Positions 10,958 through 20,839 of a stretch of 64,000 nucleotides of DNA are shown here, piece after piece. The position numbers were made by a program, and so were the translations under genes. The notes under the pieces were generated by a model that saw only the letters and a list, made by a program, of their open reading frames with translations, did not search any database and was not told the DNA's origin. Source of the DNA: Promethearchaeota archaeon (GTDB taxonomy: Archaea; Asgardarchaeota; Lokiarchaeia; Sigyniarchaeales; SOKP01); NCBI GenBank assembly GCA_019057795.1, contig JAHLWS010000069.1:32001-96000 (forward strand), read 5' to 3'. Each line of letters begins with the position of its first letter. Position 1 is the stretch's first letter.

Positions 10958-11136
10958 ATAATCTTATCTCTTTTCTGGTTCATATTTCTTATTTTTTTAA
11001 TAAAAATAATTTCTAACTTCTAATAAACCTTTTTTAGTAAATTATTGTCTAATTCATTTATTCCCTCAATTCAACTTCTAACATATTATTACTATTACAC
11101 ACTCTGCTGAAGTGTCCCAACAAGATGTGAGAATTA

Positions 11137-12423
11137 TTATAAACTCTTCTTAATAATCCCTTTATTTGGATCATGGTAATAAAGAGTATTTGGAGGGATA
11201 TCCTCACTTACTATTGTATGGGCTCCGATTCTTGAATTTTCACTAATGATTTTACCTGTCATTATGCTTACATTTATTCCGGTTTTAACGTTTGGTCCGA
11301 TAATAGTACCTAATTTTCTTCTTCTTGAATCAACTAACTGACCTTTAATAGACACCTTAACGCTTTTTTCATCAAGTCTTAAATTTGCAACTTTAGTTCC
11401 TGCTCCCAGATTTACATTCTCACAAATAATTGAATCTCCTACGTAATTAAAGTGAGGAATTGTAGTATTTGATAAAATAATAGAATTTTTAATTTCACTC
11501 GTGCCAATGTGGCAATCATTAGCAATGAAAGTATATGGTCTTATAAACGAATTAGGCCCGATTAAATTGTTATTTCCGATATAACAAGGCCCCTGAATAT
11601 AGGAGCCAGAACGAACATTAGTTCCTTCGCCAATATACACTTTCCCTGAGATTTGAACATTATCTTCAATCTTGCCTATTATTTTATTTTCTATTTTGTC
11701 TAAAAGATAACTATTGGCATCTAAAAATTGCCAAGGTAATCCTATATCGCTCCAGAAATAGTTTTTTATCGTGTAACCTGCAATATTTCCTTTAAATTGG
11801 TTTATCAGAATTTCCATAGAATCTGTAAATTCATATTCCCCTCGAATAGATTTTTCAGTTTTTTCAATTGCTTGAAAGATTTTAGATTCGAATATAAAAA
11901 TTCCTGCATTTGCTAGATTTCCTACATTCATCTCTGGTGTGGGTTTTTCAATAATTTTTTCAACAAAACCGTTAGGATTTAAAGAGATGATACCAAATTC
12001 TTCAGGATTTTTTACTTCCATTAATAAAATTATACCTTCCACCTTGTTTTCATTAAATTTTTGAACAATTTCTTGATAAACTTTAGGTTCTACTAATAAA
12101 TCTCCATACATCATTAAGAAAGGCTCGTCTTTAATAAAGTCCTTGGCAAAACCAAAAGCATGTGCTGTACCTAAATATTCTTCTTGGGTTTTATATTCTA
12201 TTTTAATTTGAAATTTATCAATTCCATTGCCAAAATAATTTCTAATTATATCTTCTTTATATCCAACTATTAATAAAATTTCATTAATCCCTGCGTCCTT
12301 TAACCCTAAGATTGTATGTTCAAGTAAAGGCTTGCCAGCGATAGGAATCAGAGGTTTTGGGCGAGAAAAAGTTATAGGCATCAATCTCTTTCCCTTTCCT
12401 GCTGCAATTATTACCGCTTTCAT
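11137..12423 (-). CDS. glmU: Archaeal bifunctional sugar-1-phosphate nucleotidylyltransferase/acetyltransferase
   Basis: AAGKGKRLMP..RPKP, EKP, RGEYE, then an LbH domain with HFNYVGDS, NLGAGT..AN and RRKLG. Confidence 0.88.
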   Translation of the reverse strand: MKAVIIAAGKGKRLMPITFSRPKPLIPIAGKPLLEHTILGLKDAGINEILLIVGYKEDIIRNYFGNGIDKFQIKIEYKTQEEYLGTAHAFGFAKDFIKDEPFLMMYGDLLVEPKVYQEIVQKFNENKVEGIILLMEVKNPEEFGIISLNPNGFVEKIIEKPTPEMNVGNLANAGIFIFESKIFQAIEKTEKSIRGEYEFTDSMEILINQFKGNIAGYTIKNYFWSDIGLPWQFLDANSYLLDKIENKIIGKIEDNVQISGKVYIGEGTNVRSGSYIQGPCYIGNNNLIGPNSFIRPYTFIANDCHIGTSEIKNSIILSNTTIPHFNYVGDSIICENVNLGAGTKVANLRLDEKSVKVSIKGQLVDSRRRKLGTIIGPNVKTGINVSIMTGKIISENSRIGAHTIVSEDIPPNTLYYHDPNKGIIKKSL

Positions 12424-12653
12424 ATAAGATATTAGTTTAAGATTATATTAAAAACTTCCTCTATAATGCCATTTAGGGCAATAGGACTATTAAACATCTC
12501 TAATAATGAGTGAAGTCAAGATCTTTAATGAAGATTCATTGTTCGCAAAATAATTATAATATCATTACAGTATCTTAACTAAAAATCCTTTCTAGTGCCT
12601 TGCATTTATTTATTATTTATATTTATACATTAAAACTAGAATTGATATGATGA

Positions 12654-15404
12654 TTATTCTATCTTCTTAGGAAGGGAGAAATAAAACGTGCTTCCCATGT
12701 TCTTCCCTTCTGATTCCATCCAAATTTTCCCCCCGTGTGATTCCACAATTCTCTTTGAAATAAATAGCCCTAAACCAGTACCATCAATTTCTAAATCAAG
12801 ACCTTGACCATAACGTTCTATTTTTCCAAATTGTTGAAAAAGTTTCTTTTTCTGATCTTCATTAAAGCCAATTCCGTTATCTTTTACTGAAACAACAACA
12901 AGCTCTTCTTTTAATTCTGTCTTTATTTCAATTTTCCCCCTGGGTGGAGTGTACTTAATCGCATTAGATAGTAAATTAGAAAGAACATCGTGAATCTCCT
13001 CTTTTTCAATATTTGCGTACAACTGGTCATGTATATCTAATTTAATTGAGTGCTTTCTTTTTTCTGCCATAGGTTCTAATTCAAGCACGCAAAAATTTAT
13101 GAGAAATGATAAGTCTTCCCTTTGCTTACTCGGTCTTAATTCGGGTGATTCTAATCTAGAAGATTTTAAAAGGTTGTTAATAATATTCTGAAGTCTATCG
13201 CAACCAGCATTTATCTCTCGTAGTTTTGAAATAATAGATGAATCTAATTGATCTTCATGTAAAGATAATATGAGTTCAGAATATCCCTTAATTGAAATGA
13301 GGGGGGTTTTTAATTCATGAGAAGATCTTCTAAGAAACTCAGATTTTAGTTTACTTACTTCTCTTAAATTTTCCTCAACATGCTTTCTCTCAGTAATATC
13401 CATGCCATATATGTTTACATAATTAGTACCTCTTATGGGTGTAAAAGTAAAGGAGTAAAAATTCTCACCAAATCTCACTTCTGATTCAGTAATTTGATTG
13501 CTTTCAAACGAATGTTTCACGTTTTCCTTTATGATATTTGGGATTTGATTATAATCTATTATGTTAAATAATTTTTGACCTGCATAGTTTATATAAATAA
13601 CTTCATCTCTATTCACTCTTAAAACGGGATAGGGATTCTCTGATGGAAATTGAGCTAAATCAAAGATTTCTTTCTCCTTTTTCTTGCGCTCGGTGATATC
13701 TGTAAATATAATTCCAAGATTATCTCCTACTTTGAACGCTCTTATCGAGAGTTGAGAGGAAGATTGTCCATCTATTCTATTAAAAATACCATCTTCTGTA
13801 GAAAACGGTTTTCCAGTTTTAATGACTTCAATATATTTGTCATATCTCCCAGTTTCTTTAAGATTTGGTACGATATCTAAGATGTTTTTTCCGATTATTT
13901 CCTCTTTAGTCATCCCTATAGTTTGTAGCGTTACCTTGTTCACATCAATATAATTCAATTGTGCATCATAAAGGACGAACCCATCGGTAGCTGAATTCAT
14001 GAAACTCGCTAATCGCTGTTCTGATTCTTTTAATTTTTGTTCTGATATCTTTTGTTTGGTAACATCTCTAAAACTCCATACACGTCCCTTAATCTCTCCT
14101 GCGTGAATTAGTGGACTAGATAAGCGATCAAAAATCCTTCCATCTTTAAATAAGAGAGTATCAAAACCTTCGCTAGCAGATCTATAAAGTTGATTTACTT
14201 TTGAAAGAAAAGCTTCTGGGTCTGTTAATTGACTTAATACATAATCTAATAATTTTTGATCATCTCTTTTTTCGATTAAATCCTGTGGAATACGCCACAT
14301 GTCCGCAAATTTAGAATTAGTGTGCGTTACTTGACCATATTCATCAACAACAAGAATCCCATCTGCAGTAGATTCTAGGGTTGACCTCAAAATTTCTTCG
14401 GATTCTCTTAATTTTTGTTCTGATATTATTTTTTCGGTAACTTCTCTAGCGAAACCGTAAAATCCGATCTTATTTCCTTCAGAATCGTGTATTAAATCGA
14501 TAAATCCTTCCAAAAATACTTGTTTTCCCCTATTCGTTAACCCTTTAGCTCTATTAGTATGAGGAAGGGGAATTCCTGATTTATAAAGTTGGTTAAACAT
14601 TTTAAATAACTCTTTAGATGTCTTTTCGTCGAAAATCAAGCGAAAATTCTTTCCTAATAGTTCTTCCTTTGAATATCCTACTGTTTTACACCAATAATCA
14701 TTCACGAAGGTAAAATTTCCCTTAAGATCGAGAGCATAATATCCTTCCATCATGTTTTCGAGAAGCTCTCTATATTTTTTCTCGGATTTTTTTAATTTGT
14801 GTTTGAATTTAGTCTGATCTGAGCCTTTGAATATCTCCCAGGTGCCCTCTCGCCTAAAAAGAGCACATTGATGATTGCGAACAGCATCCAAAATCTTAAA
14901 AGATCCGCATATTTCAAGGGAATAGGCGCAAACAGCAATTATATTATAGGAAGTGATTATATTACTTATTTCTTCCTCAAAATCGTTGAAAACTTTCCAA
15001 TCTTTATCTTCTTGCCAAAAAGTATTTCCTGTTAATCTTAATCCATTAAATCCATTATCTAACGCACCATTATATTTATCTACCCATCGATTGAGAACGC
15101 TTTGCAGGTCAAATTCGTTATTTTCCTGATACAATTCTGTATATGGAATAATCTCTATCTGATTTTTCTGTACATACGTATCAAACTTAGGTATAGCCAT
15201 TCTCATAGCCTTCTCGGCATCTTTTTCATTTAACGGTTCAGAAGTTATCCACATGCAATATTCATTATTCTCTAAACCTGCTTTAAAATAGGACACTAAA
15301 ATCTCGAGAAGATCGCCTTGTGTTTGATAAAACATACAGAAATGAGTGCCCCATGGTATAGTGCCTAAAACTTCAATCCCAGATTTTCTTTCTGATGATT
15401 TCAT
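12654..15404 (-). CDS. MEDS + multi-PAS sensor histidine kinase
   Basis: N-terminal MEDS domain (WGTHFCMFY, GLRLTG), PAS/PAC repeats ending DITE, H-box SHELKTPL, N-box NLLSNAIKY and G-boxes DNGIG and GTGLGL. Confidence 0.92.
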   Translation of the reverse strand: MKSSERKSGIEVLGTIPWGTHFCMFYQTQGDLLEILVSYFKAGLENNEYCMWITSEPLNEKDAEKAMRMAIPKFDTYVQKNQIEIIPYTELYQENNEFDLQSVLNRWVDKYNGALDNGFNGLRLTGNTFWQEDKDWKVFNDFEEEISNIITSYNIIAVCAYSLEICGSFKILDAVRNHQCALFRREGTWEIFKGSDQTKFKHKLKKSEKKYRELLENMMEGYYALDLKGNFTFVNDYWCKTVGYSKEELLGKNFRLIFDEKTSKELFKMFNQLYKSGIPLPHTNRAKGLTNRGKQVFLEGFIDLIHDSEGNKIGFYGFAREVTEKIISEQKLRESEEILRSTLESTADGILVVDEYGQVTHTNSKFADMWRIPQDLIEKRDDQKLLDYVLSQLTDPEAFLSKVNQLYRSASEGFDTLLFKDGRIFDRLSSPLIHAGEIKGRVWSFRDVTKQKISEQKLKESEQRLASFMNSATDGFVLYDAQLNYIDVNKVTLQTIGMTKEEIIGKNILDIVPNLKETGRYDKYIEVIKTGKPFSTEDGIFNRIDGQSSSQLSIRAFKVGDNLGIIFTDITERKKKEKEIFDLAQFPSENPYPVLRVNRDEVIYINYAGQKLFNIIDYNQIPNIIKENVKHSFESNQITESEVRFGENFYSFTFTPIRGTNYVNIYGMDITERKHVEENLREVSKLKSEFLRRSSHELKTPLISIKGYSELILSLHEDQLDSSIISKLREINAGCDRLQNIINNLLKSSRLESPELRPSKQREDLSFLINFCVLELEPMAEKRKHSIKLDIHDQLYANIEKEEIHDVLSNLLSNAIKYTPPRGKIEIKTELKEELVVVSVKDNGIGFNEDQKKKLFQQFGKIERYGQGLDLEIDGTGLGLFISKRIVESHGGKIWMESEGKNMGSTFYFSLPKKIE

Positions 15405-15677
15405 ATATTATTTTACCCATTTAATATTAACTTTTGGAAATAATTCTACTATTTGAGCCTATTAAATATCTTTTATTTTTTATTATTTAGAACTAGTTTT
15501 TTTATATAATTTTATTGTTTTAAAAAAACCTTAAAACAACTACGAAAAATTTATATTTTACGCTCAACTAAAAATTAAATAAATTTATAAAATTCAAAAG
15601 TCTTTTTAAATAAAGAATTTACACCTAATAATACCAGCTTTCATATAAGAGATTTGTTAACGTCTATTGAAAGCTTT

Positions 15678-17168
15678 TCACGCTTTTTCTACACGAAATA
15701 TATGGCTATTCCAACCCTCTAATTCGATATATAATCCATTTTCACGAAGATCTTTTCCTTTATAAATATACTCGTTCCTTGTAAGCAGATCTGTAAACTT
15801 CCAGTTAAATAGTCCAAAATCTATATCTTCTATTATTAAATGCGCTTTGGAAGCAATTAAACTATAATTGACAACAATTAATAGTCGATCCTTATCTGTC
15901 CACCACTGATACGAAATAATATTATTGAAAGAGTTATCACTTGAACTGATAGGTTTAACTTTACATAAAGACCATTTTGCATTATCAAACTCTCTTCCGG
16001 GAATAATTTCCAACAAATTGTCATAGAATTCCATCAGAGCTAAGTCATCTTCTTCTGTCGTCGCCCTTCCTAATTGAACAGGTAATTTTATTTCGTATCC
16101 TCGTGTTTGCCCTTCAAAAATCAATCGAGCGCCAGGTAGTGTTGATGTAATAACAACAGCAGCTTTTGAAGCTTCAGTTCCGAACACCGTTATAGCTCTT
16201 GGTTCATCGTGATTTTCAATAAAGCGGAGCAATTTTCTTTGGTAATCCAAATCTGCTTTAAGATGTTCGTTTACTCTCTGAGCATTATCATTAGCTAAGC
16301 GTTCGTATAGTTTCTTATCATAACAATAATCAAATCCTTGCTGCATCAATTCCCATTCCATATCCCAATACACTTCAGCTATAAACTTAAAATCGGGGAA
16401 TTCATTTTTTACAGCAACAATAATTTCTTCCCAAAATTCTTTTTCAAGAGCTGGACCTACTTTTACCTCCCATGTGCGGTTAAAAACGCTATTAGTCATT
16501 AACATTGCCATATCACATCTAACACCATCACATTGTTGGGCGATCGAAAGTAGCGTGTGAATGGCTTTTGAACGAGCTTCAGGCGAAAACGCATTGATTT
16601 GCACGGTGTCGGTCCATGCAGGAAAATTGGGATCGCGACCATGAGCATAAACAATATCTCCTAAAGAGAAAAAGTCGTATGGTTTAGCTATTAAATCATC
16701 TATAGTTCCTTTTATAAAAACATCTGATTTTTCAAGCGTCCATAGATGGTCTACTGAAACATGGTTGGGAACATAATCTAAAAGTAGCAATATTCCATGG
16801 TCAGCTAATTCTTTGCGGAAGAAATCTAAACCATCTGAACCCCCAAGGTGAGAACTAACGTGATAATAATATACTGAATATGGCGAACCAATAACATCAT
16901 CGGTATTAAAATAATGTAACGCCTTACGATATTCTTCTTGTAAACCTTCGTGGTTAATCGCAATTTCTCTTCCTATAGGACTTCTTTCCCATACTCCCAT
17001 TAACCAAATTGCATCATAAGGAGTTAATTCTTGGTCAATTAATTCAACAGGTAATGTATCTAACTTAATTGAATGGCCATATATCTCAGATAAATTGTTT
17101 AACCATGGCCACGTGTTAATTTCGTAAATTTTAGGGTGTTTAGGCCATATAATCTTTTTTATTGACAT
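15678..17168 (-). CDS. GH13 alpha-amylase family glycoside hydrolase
   Basis: DYVPNH, nucleophile GVRCDMA, acid/base AEVYW and ENHDE. Confidence 0.9.
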   Translation of the reverse strand: MSIKKIIWPKHPKIYEINTWPWLNNLSEIYGHSIKLDTLPVELIDQELTPYDAIWLMGVWERSPIGREIAINHEGLQEEYRKALHYFNTDDVIGSPYSVYYYHVSSHLGGSDGLDFFRKELADHGILLLLDYVPNHVSVDHLWTLEKSDVFIKGTIDDLIAKPYDFFSLGDIVYAHGRDPNFPAWTDTVQINAFSPEARSKAIHTLLSIAQQCDGVRCDMAMLMTNSVFNRTWEVKVGPALEKEFWEEIIVAVKNEFPDFKFIAEVYWDMEWELMQQGFDYCYDKKLYERLANDNAQRVNEHLKADLDYQRKLLRFIENHDEPRAITVFGTEASKAAVVITSTLPGARLIFEGQTRGYEIKLPVQLGRATTEEDDLALMEFYDNLLEIIPGREFDNAKWSLCKVKPISSSDNSFNNIISYQWWTDKDRLLIVVNYSLIASKAHLIIEDIDFGLFNWKFTDLLTRNEYIYKGKDLRENGLYIELEGWNSHIFRVEKA

Positions 17169-17389
17169 GATTAATTTAGGGTCGATTCATTCTTAGTATT
17201 AATGAATATTAAATATGCCTCCTAATATAAAAAATAAATCCTATTTTAGTTTCAAATTTCGAACAGAAGTTAACGAGTAATTTATTGTTAAGTTATTTTT
17301 TGTCAACTTTTTTAAAAATAAATATATATAAATTATTAGACAATCATATCTATAATATCTATAATAAAGAAAAATAAAAGAAGTAAGTA

Positions 17390-17953
17390 TTGAAAATGAG
17401 TGAAGAGAAAGAAGCAATTCGAAAGCTTATAATGCTGATTTCAGATTTACGTGCTAAAGACGAGGAGCGTTACGAGGCTCACGTTAATTTTATGAACGAA
17501 ACCATTAAAATGATTAGTGCAATTGAGTCTCAGATGAATAAACACTGGTCTACTGTGTTAGAATCCCTTAAGGAATTAAATGAGGACATAAACAATAATT
17601 TAGACAGTTTACTTACAGGAATAAACCCGAAAGGTCTAAGAGAAACGTCCAAATCGCTTCAAGAAATCATGGATACAATGAACAAGAGCGTTCAATCGAT
17701 GAATTTGGAAAAGGTTTTAAGCGAACTTAAAGTTTTAAAAGCTTCAACAATACCAATAACAGCAATTCCTGGGGCGGTTTCTGTAGGACAGCAACCAGAA
17801 CAAATTACAGCTAATCTTAATCTGAACCCTCCGGGGGGTGCAGTAGCTTCACAAGAACCTGAAGTATACGGATTTGTCCCCGGAAAAAAGAAGAAGAAAG
17901 AAGACGAAAATGACGAGCCGCACCTTATGAAGCCAAGTGACCTTTTTAAGTAA
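17390..17953 (+). CDS. Hypothetical protein (helical/coiled-coil N-terminus, disordered C-terminus)
   Basis: 187-aa ORF in its own intergenic space, likely starting at ATG 17396. No family recognised. Confidence 0.7.
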   Translation: MKMSEEKEAIRKLIMLISDLRAKDEERYEAHVNFMNETIKMISAIESQMNKHWSTVLESLKELNEDINNNLDSLLTGINPKGLRETSKSLQEIMDTMNKSVQSMNLEKVLSELKVLKASTIPITAIPGAVSVGQQPEQITANLNLNPPGGAVASQEPEVYGFVPGKKKKKEDENDEPHLMKPSDLFK

Positions 17954-18025
17954 TTTGGGAGATTTACTGGCTCAAAAAATCAATATAAGTCCACCTGCTG
18001 CCCGGGGATTAATTACTTAATCAAT

Positions 18026-19384
18026 CTAATACATATTTTTCAATCTTTCCATAAAAGGTTCTACACTTTTTTTGACTCCGTTTACATTTTCGCCTATTTT
18101 TTTGAAATTAATAACTATTGATGGTATATTTAATTCCGTTTTCATTTTATCCTTTAATGTATCGTATGTTTTTGATATTGAAGGGCACCCAAATACCTGG
18201 TTGAAGATTAAACCATCTATGTTCATTCTTTTTGCTGCTGCTAAGTAGGAATTCGTCATATTTTCTCTGTTGCATCCAATTCCTTTTGTTGATGCGTTCA
18301 ATAGAAAACGAGAGTAATCTTCAATGGGGTCGGAATTTTTTGATAAAGGGATTTCTTCCAATAAACCTAGTAAGTCCCAATCAGCATAAATTATCCTTCC
18401 ACCCAATTTATAAATAATTTCGTGTACTTCTGGTTCCCACCCTTGGTACATTGGGGCAAATAACACCCTTGGCATGTGAGAAACATCCATTCCTATACCT
18501 TTTTTGATCCTCTCTCTCATTTCTTTAACTAATTGACTCATATTATTTAAGTATCTTTGAGCGTTAGAATTATAATCTTGAAATGTTATTGTTAGAAGCG
18601 CTAGAATTTCCGCAAAGGATGCAGGATTACAAGGATAGAAATTTGAAGTACTGATCTCATAAAGGATTGTTTTATAAAATCGCTTTACCTGGTTTCCTAT
18701 TCGGAATTGTTTTTGTAAGCTACTATCTGTGACAAAATTTCCTGTTATACCCTCTAAATCACTGATCCCCCTTTTTACACTGTTTATTATTTGTTCTAGT
18801 GCCTTATTTTCATTTTCTAGATTTTTAGGAGGAACCTCAATCGTTATTTGATTAGGGACTGTTGTTTTTAACGATTCAGAAAACTTATTCCATTCACCAC
18901 AACGCATAGCAAAGTTAAGATTAGCGTCTAAATTTTTGCCCTTTGATAAATGCATTCCATAAAGAGCGTTAATTCCATAACATAATTCAGAGGGAACGCC
19001 ATTATTAACACCTAATTCGTACATTTCATTATATTTACTATGAATCGAGGTAATAACATCTTCAAGAATTTTATCGACTATTTTTAATATATCAAATTGA
19101 CGAGCGAAATCTAGAAATTTTGATGTTAAACTCCAACCTAATACACTAGTGGCGGAATTTAACATTGCTAAGTACTTATTAACTTCAAACGATTCCATTC
19201 GAATTGGAAAAACTGGAATCCCTCCAACGGCAAAAGCTAAATCTGGGAAACCTAAGGCAACTGAAATTAATTTTTTCTTTTCTTTAAACTTTTTCTTTTT
19301 TAGATACTCTCTACCTGTTAAAAAATTATAAGCCATTTTAAGAACAGACGTGAAACTTACGACATCGTCAGCGTATATACTCGT
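18026..19384 (-). CDS. 2-hydroxyacyl-CoA dehydratase subunit (HgdA/B-like), paralogue 2; probable ACG start at 19384 (first ATG at 19336)
   Basis: Clear paralogue of 25275..26630 with the three Cys ligand motifs ELCYG, MRCGE and FGCPS. The 16 codons upstream of the ATG align with the paralogue's N-terminus. Confidence 0.8.
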   Translation of the reverse strand, partial: TSIYADDVVSFTSVLKMAYNFLTGREYLKKKKFKEKKKLISVALGFPDLAFAVGGIPVFPIRMESFEVNKYLAMLNSATSVLGWSLTSKFLDFARQFDILKIVDKILEDVITSIHSKYNEMYELGVNNGVPSELCYGINALYGMHLSKGKNLDANLNFAMRCGEWNKFSESLKTTVPNQITIEVPPKNLENENKALEQIINSVKRGISDLEGITGNFVTDSSLQKQFRIGNQVKRFYKTILYEISTSNFYPCNPASFAEILALLTITFQDYNSNAQRYLNNMSQLVKEMRERIKKGIGMDVSHMPRVLFAPMYQGWEPEVHEIIYKLGGRIIYADWDLLGLLEEIPLSKNSDPIEDYSRFLLNASTKGIGCNRENMTNSYLAAAKRMNIDGLIFNQVFGCPSISKTYDTLKDKMKTELNIPSIVINFKKIGENVNGVKKSVEPFMERLKNMY

Positions 19385-19486
19385 TTTAAAACCAACTCTA
19401 GCTGCTATTATAAAATAAGAATTTTCTACAACTATAATTTAAAAATAGTCATCTAATTGTAATAAAATTTATGAGGTAAAGTATAA

Positions 19487-19503
19487 GGGTTTATGATTTT
19501 ATT
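19487..19503. repeat. 17-bp direct repeat A, copy 1 (GGGTTTATGATTTTATT)
   Basis: Identical to 21934..21950. Confidence 0.85.
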
Positions 19504-19630
19504 TGAACATCTTCATAAAAACTCCAAGATGAGTTTTTATTTCTTCGATTTTTTCGCCAATTTTATTATATATCATTGTTATTGATGGTATTTCAACTAC
19601 TCGACATAATTTTTCTTTTAATATAACATA
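19499..19630 (-). pseudogene. Isolated 3' fragment of a 2-hydroxyacyl-CoA dehydratase subunit gene
   Basis: Manual translation gives YVILKEKLCRVVEIPSITMIYNKIGEKIEEIKTHLGVFMKMFK*. It aligns ungapped (24/43 identical) with the C-terminus of 25275..26630, and an in-frame stop lies shortly upstream. Confidence 0.85.
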
Positions 19631-19777
19631 TACTCTTAGAAGTTTTATTCTAATACTCGAATATTATCTCGGATTTGAAAATATTTATATTTCATGGTTT
19701 ACTTCTTGAAATTCGAATTTTTCCGCAAACATAAGAGTTAAGCAAGATTTAATTGTATATAAAATGTATTATAAACC

Positions 19778-19797
19778 AAGAAAATGAAAATATGAAA
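19778..19797. repeat. 20-bp direct repeat B, copy 1 (AAGAAAATGAAAATATGAAA)
   Basis: Identical to 21980..21999. Confidence 0.8.
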
Positions 19798-19810
19798 AAA
19801 TCTGATCAAG

Positions 19811-20797
19811 ATGACTAAGGAAAAAATAAAAATTTGCGTACTTGAGAAAAAACGAGGAAATTTTTCAATACAAGAGAAATTTGCTAAAAACGAAAATATT
19901 ATCGATACAACTAATCAAGAAGTAGAACATCATTTAAGTGCTTTAAATGAAGCGGGTTATGATGTAAAAATATTAAAATGGAATGACAATATAATTTATG
20001 ATTTAAAAAGTCTTGACATTGATATCGTATTTAATATATCCAGCATTGTTGAAACAGCTATTTTAGAAGAATTAGAGATACCTTATGTAGGGTCTGATGT
20101 TTTTGGATGCGTTATAGCAACCGATAAGGTTCTTACTAAAGACTTGTGGTTTAAAAAAGGATTACCAACATCACCTTATATTTTAGCAAGATCAAAAGAG
20201 GATTGTGAAATTTTTAAGAAAAACAAGCCATTTGATTATCCTTTATTTATAAAACCCTCTCAAGGGAGAGGAAGTTCTGGAATCGATGAATCCTCACTTA
20301 TCTGTTCATATAACGAATTAATTAAAGGAGTTGAAAAAAGATTAAACACAATAAATCAACCTGTTCTTATTGAAAAATTTTTAAAAGGTAGGGAAATAAC
20401 ATGTGGAATTATTGGTAATGGAAATCAGATTAAAGCCTTACCTTTATTAGAAATAATACACAAGGAAAAGGAAAAATTCTTGACATTTAATAAAAAAGAG
20501 TTAGATGACGATCAATTCCAATGCCCTGCAAAATTAACTCCGAAACAGTCTAAAGAATTACAGAAATTAGCTATTTCAGCATTTCAAGCGATAAATCTTA
20601 GAGATTATGGTCGTGTAGACATGATCTTATCAGAAGAAGGTCCTTTTTTATTAGAAATAAATTGTTTTGCAGGATTAATGTGTACACCAAAAGATAAACC
20701 TCATAGTTACATGGGCTTTATGGCAATTGCAGAAAACAAAAAAAGTAGTGAATTCTTAGATGAAATTATAAAAGAAGCATTAAAAAGAATTGGATAA
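19811..20797 (+). CDS. ATP-grasp ligase, D-Ala-D-Ala ligase-like
   Basis: IPYVGS, DK, IKPSQGRGSSG, EKFLKGREITCG, GRVD and LEINCFAGL. It lacks the Ddl N-terminal GGxSxE motif and the YDYxAKY loop. Confidence 0.85.
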   Translation: MTKEKIKICVLEKKRGNFSIQEKFAKNENIIDTTNQEVEHHLSALNEAGYDVKILKWNDNIIYDLKSLDIDIVFNISSIVETAILEELEIPYVGSDVFGCVIATDKVLTKDLWFKKGLPTSPYILARSKEDCEIFKKNKPFDYPLFIKPSQGRGSSGIDESSLICSYNELIKGVEKRLNTINQPVLIEKFLKGREITCGIIGNGNQIKALPLLEIIHKEKEKFLTFNKKELDDDQFQCPAKLTPKQSKELQKLAISAFQAINLRDYGRVDMILSEEGPFLLEINCFAGLMCTPKDKPHSYMGFMAIAENKKSSEFLDEIIKEALKRIG

Positions 20798-20839
20798 CTT
20801 TCGTTCAAACTAAAAACAAATTGTATTATGTGAATTAAA

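Noticed and set aside
12480-12545. SECIS-like element (ATGA/GTGA...GA within AATGAG/TTCATT)
   Set aside because: Helix II is too short and unpaired, and I noticed no in-frame TGA selenoprotein candidate nearby.
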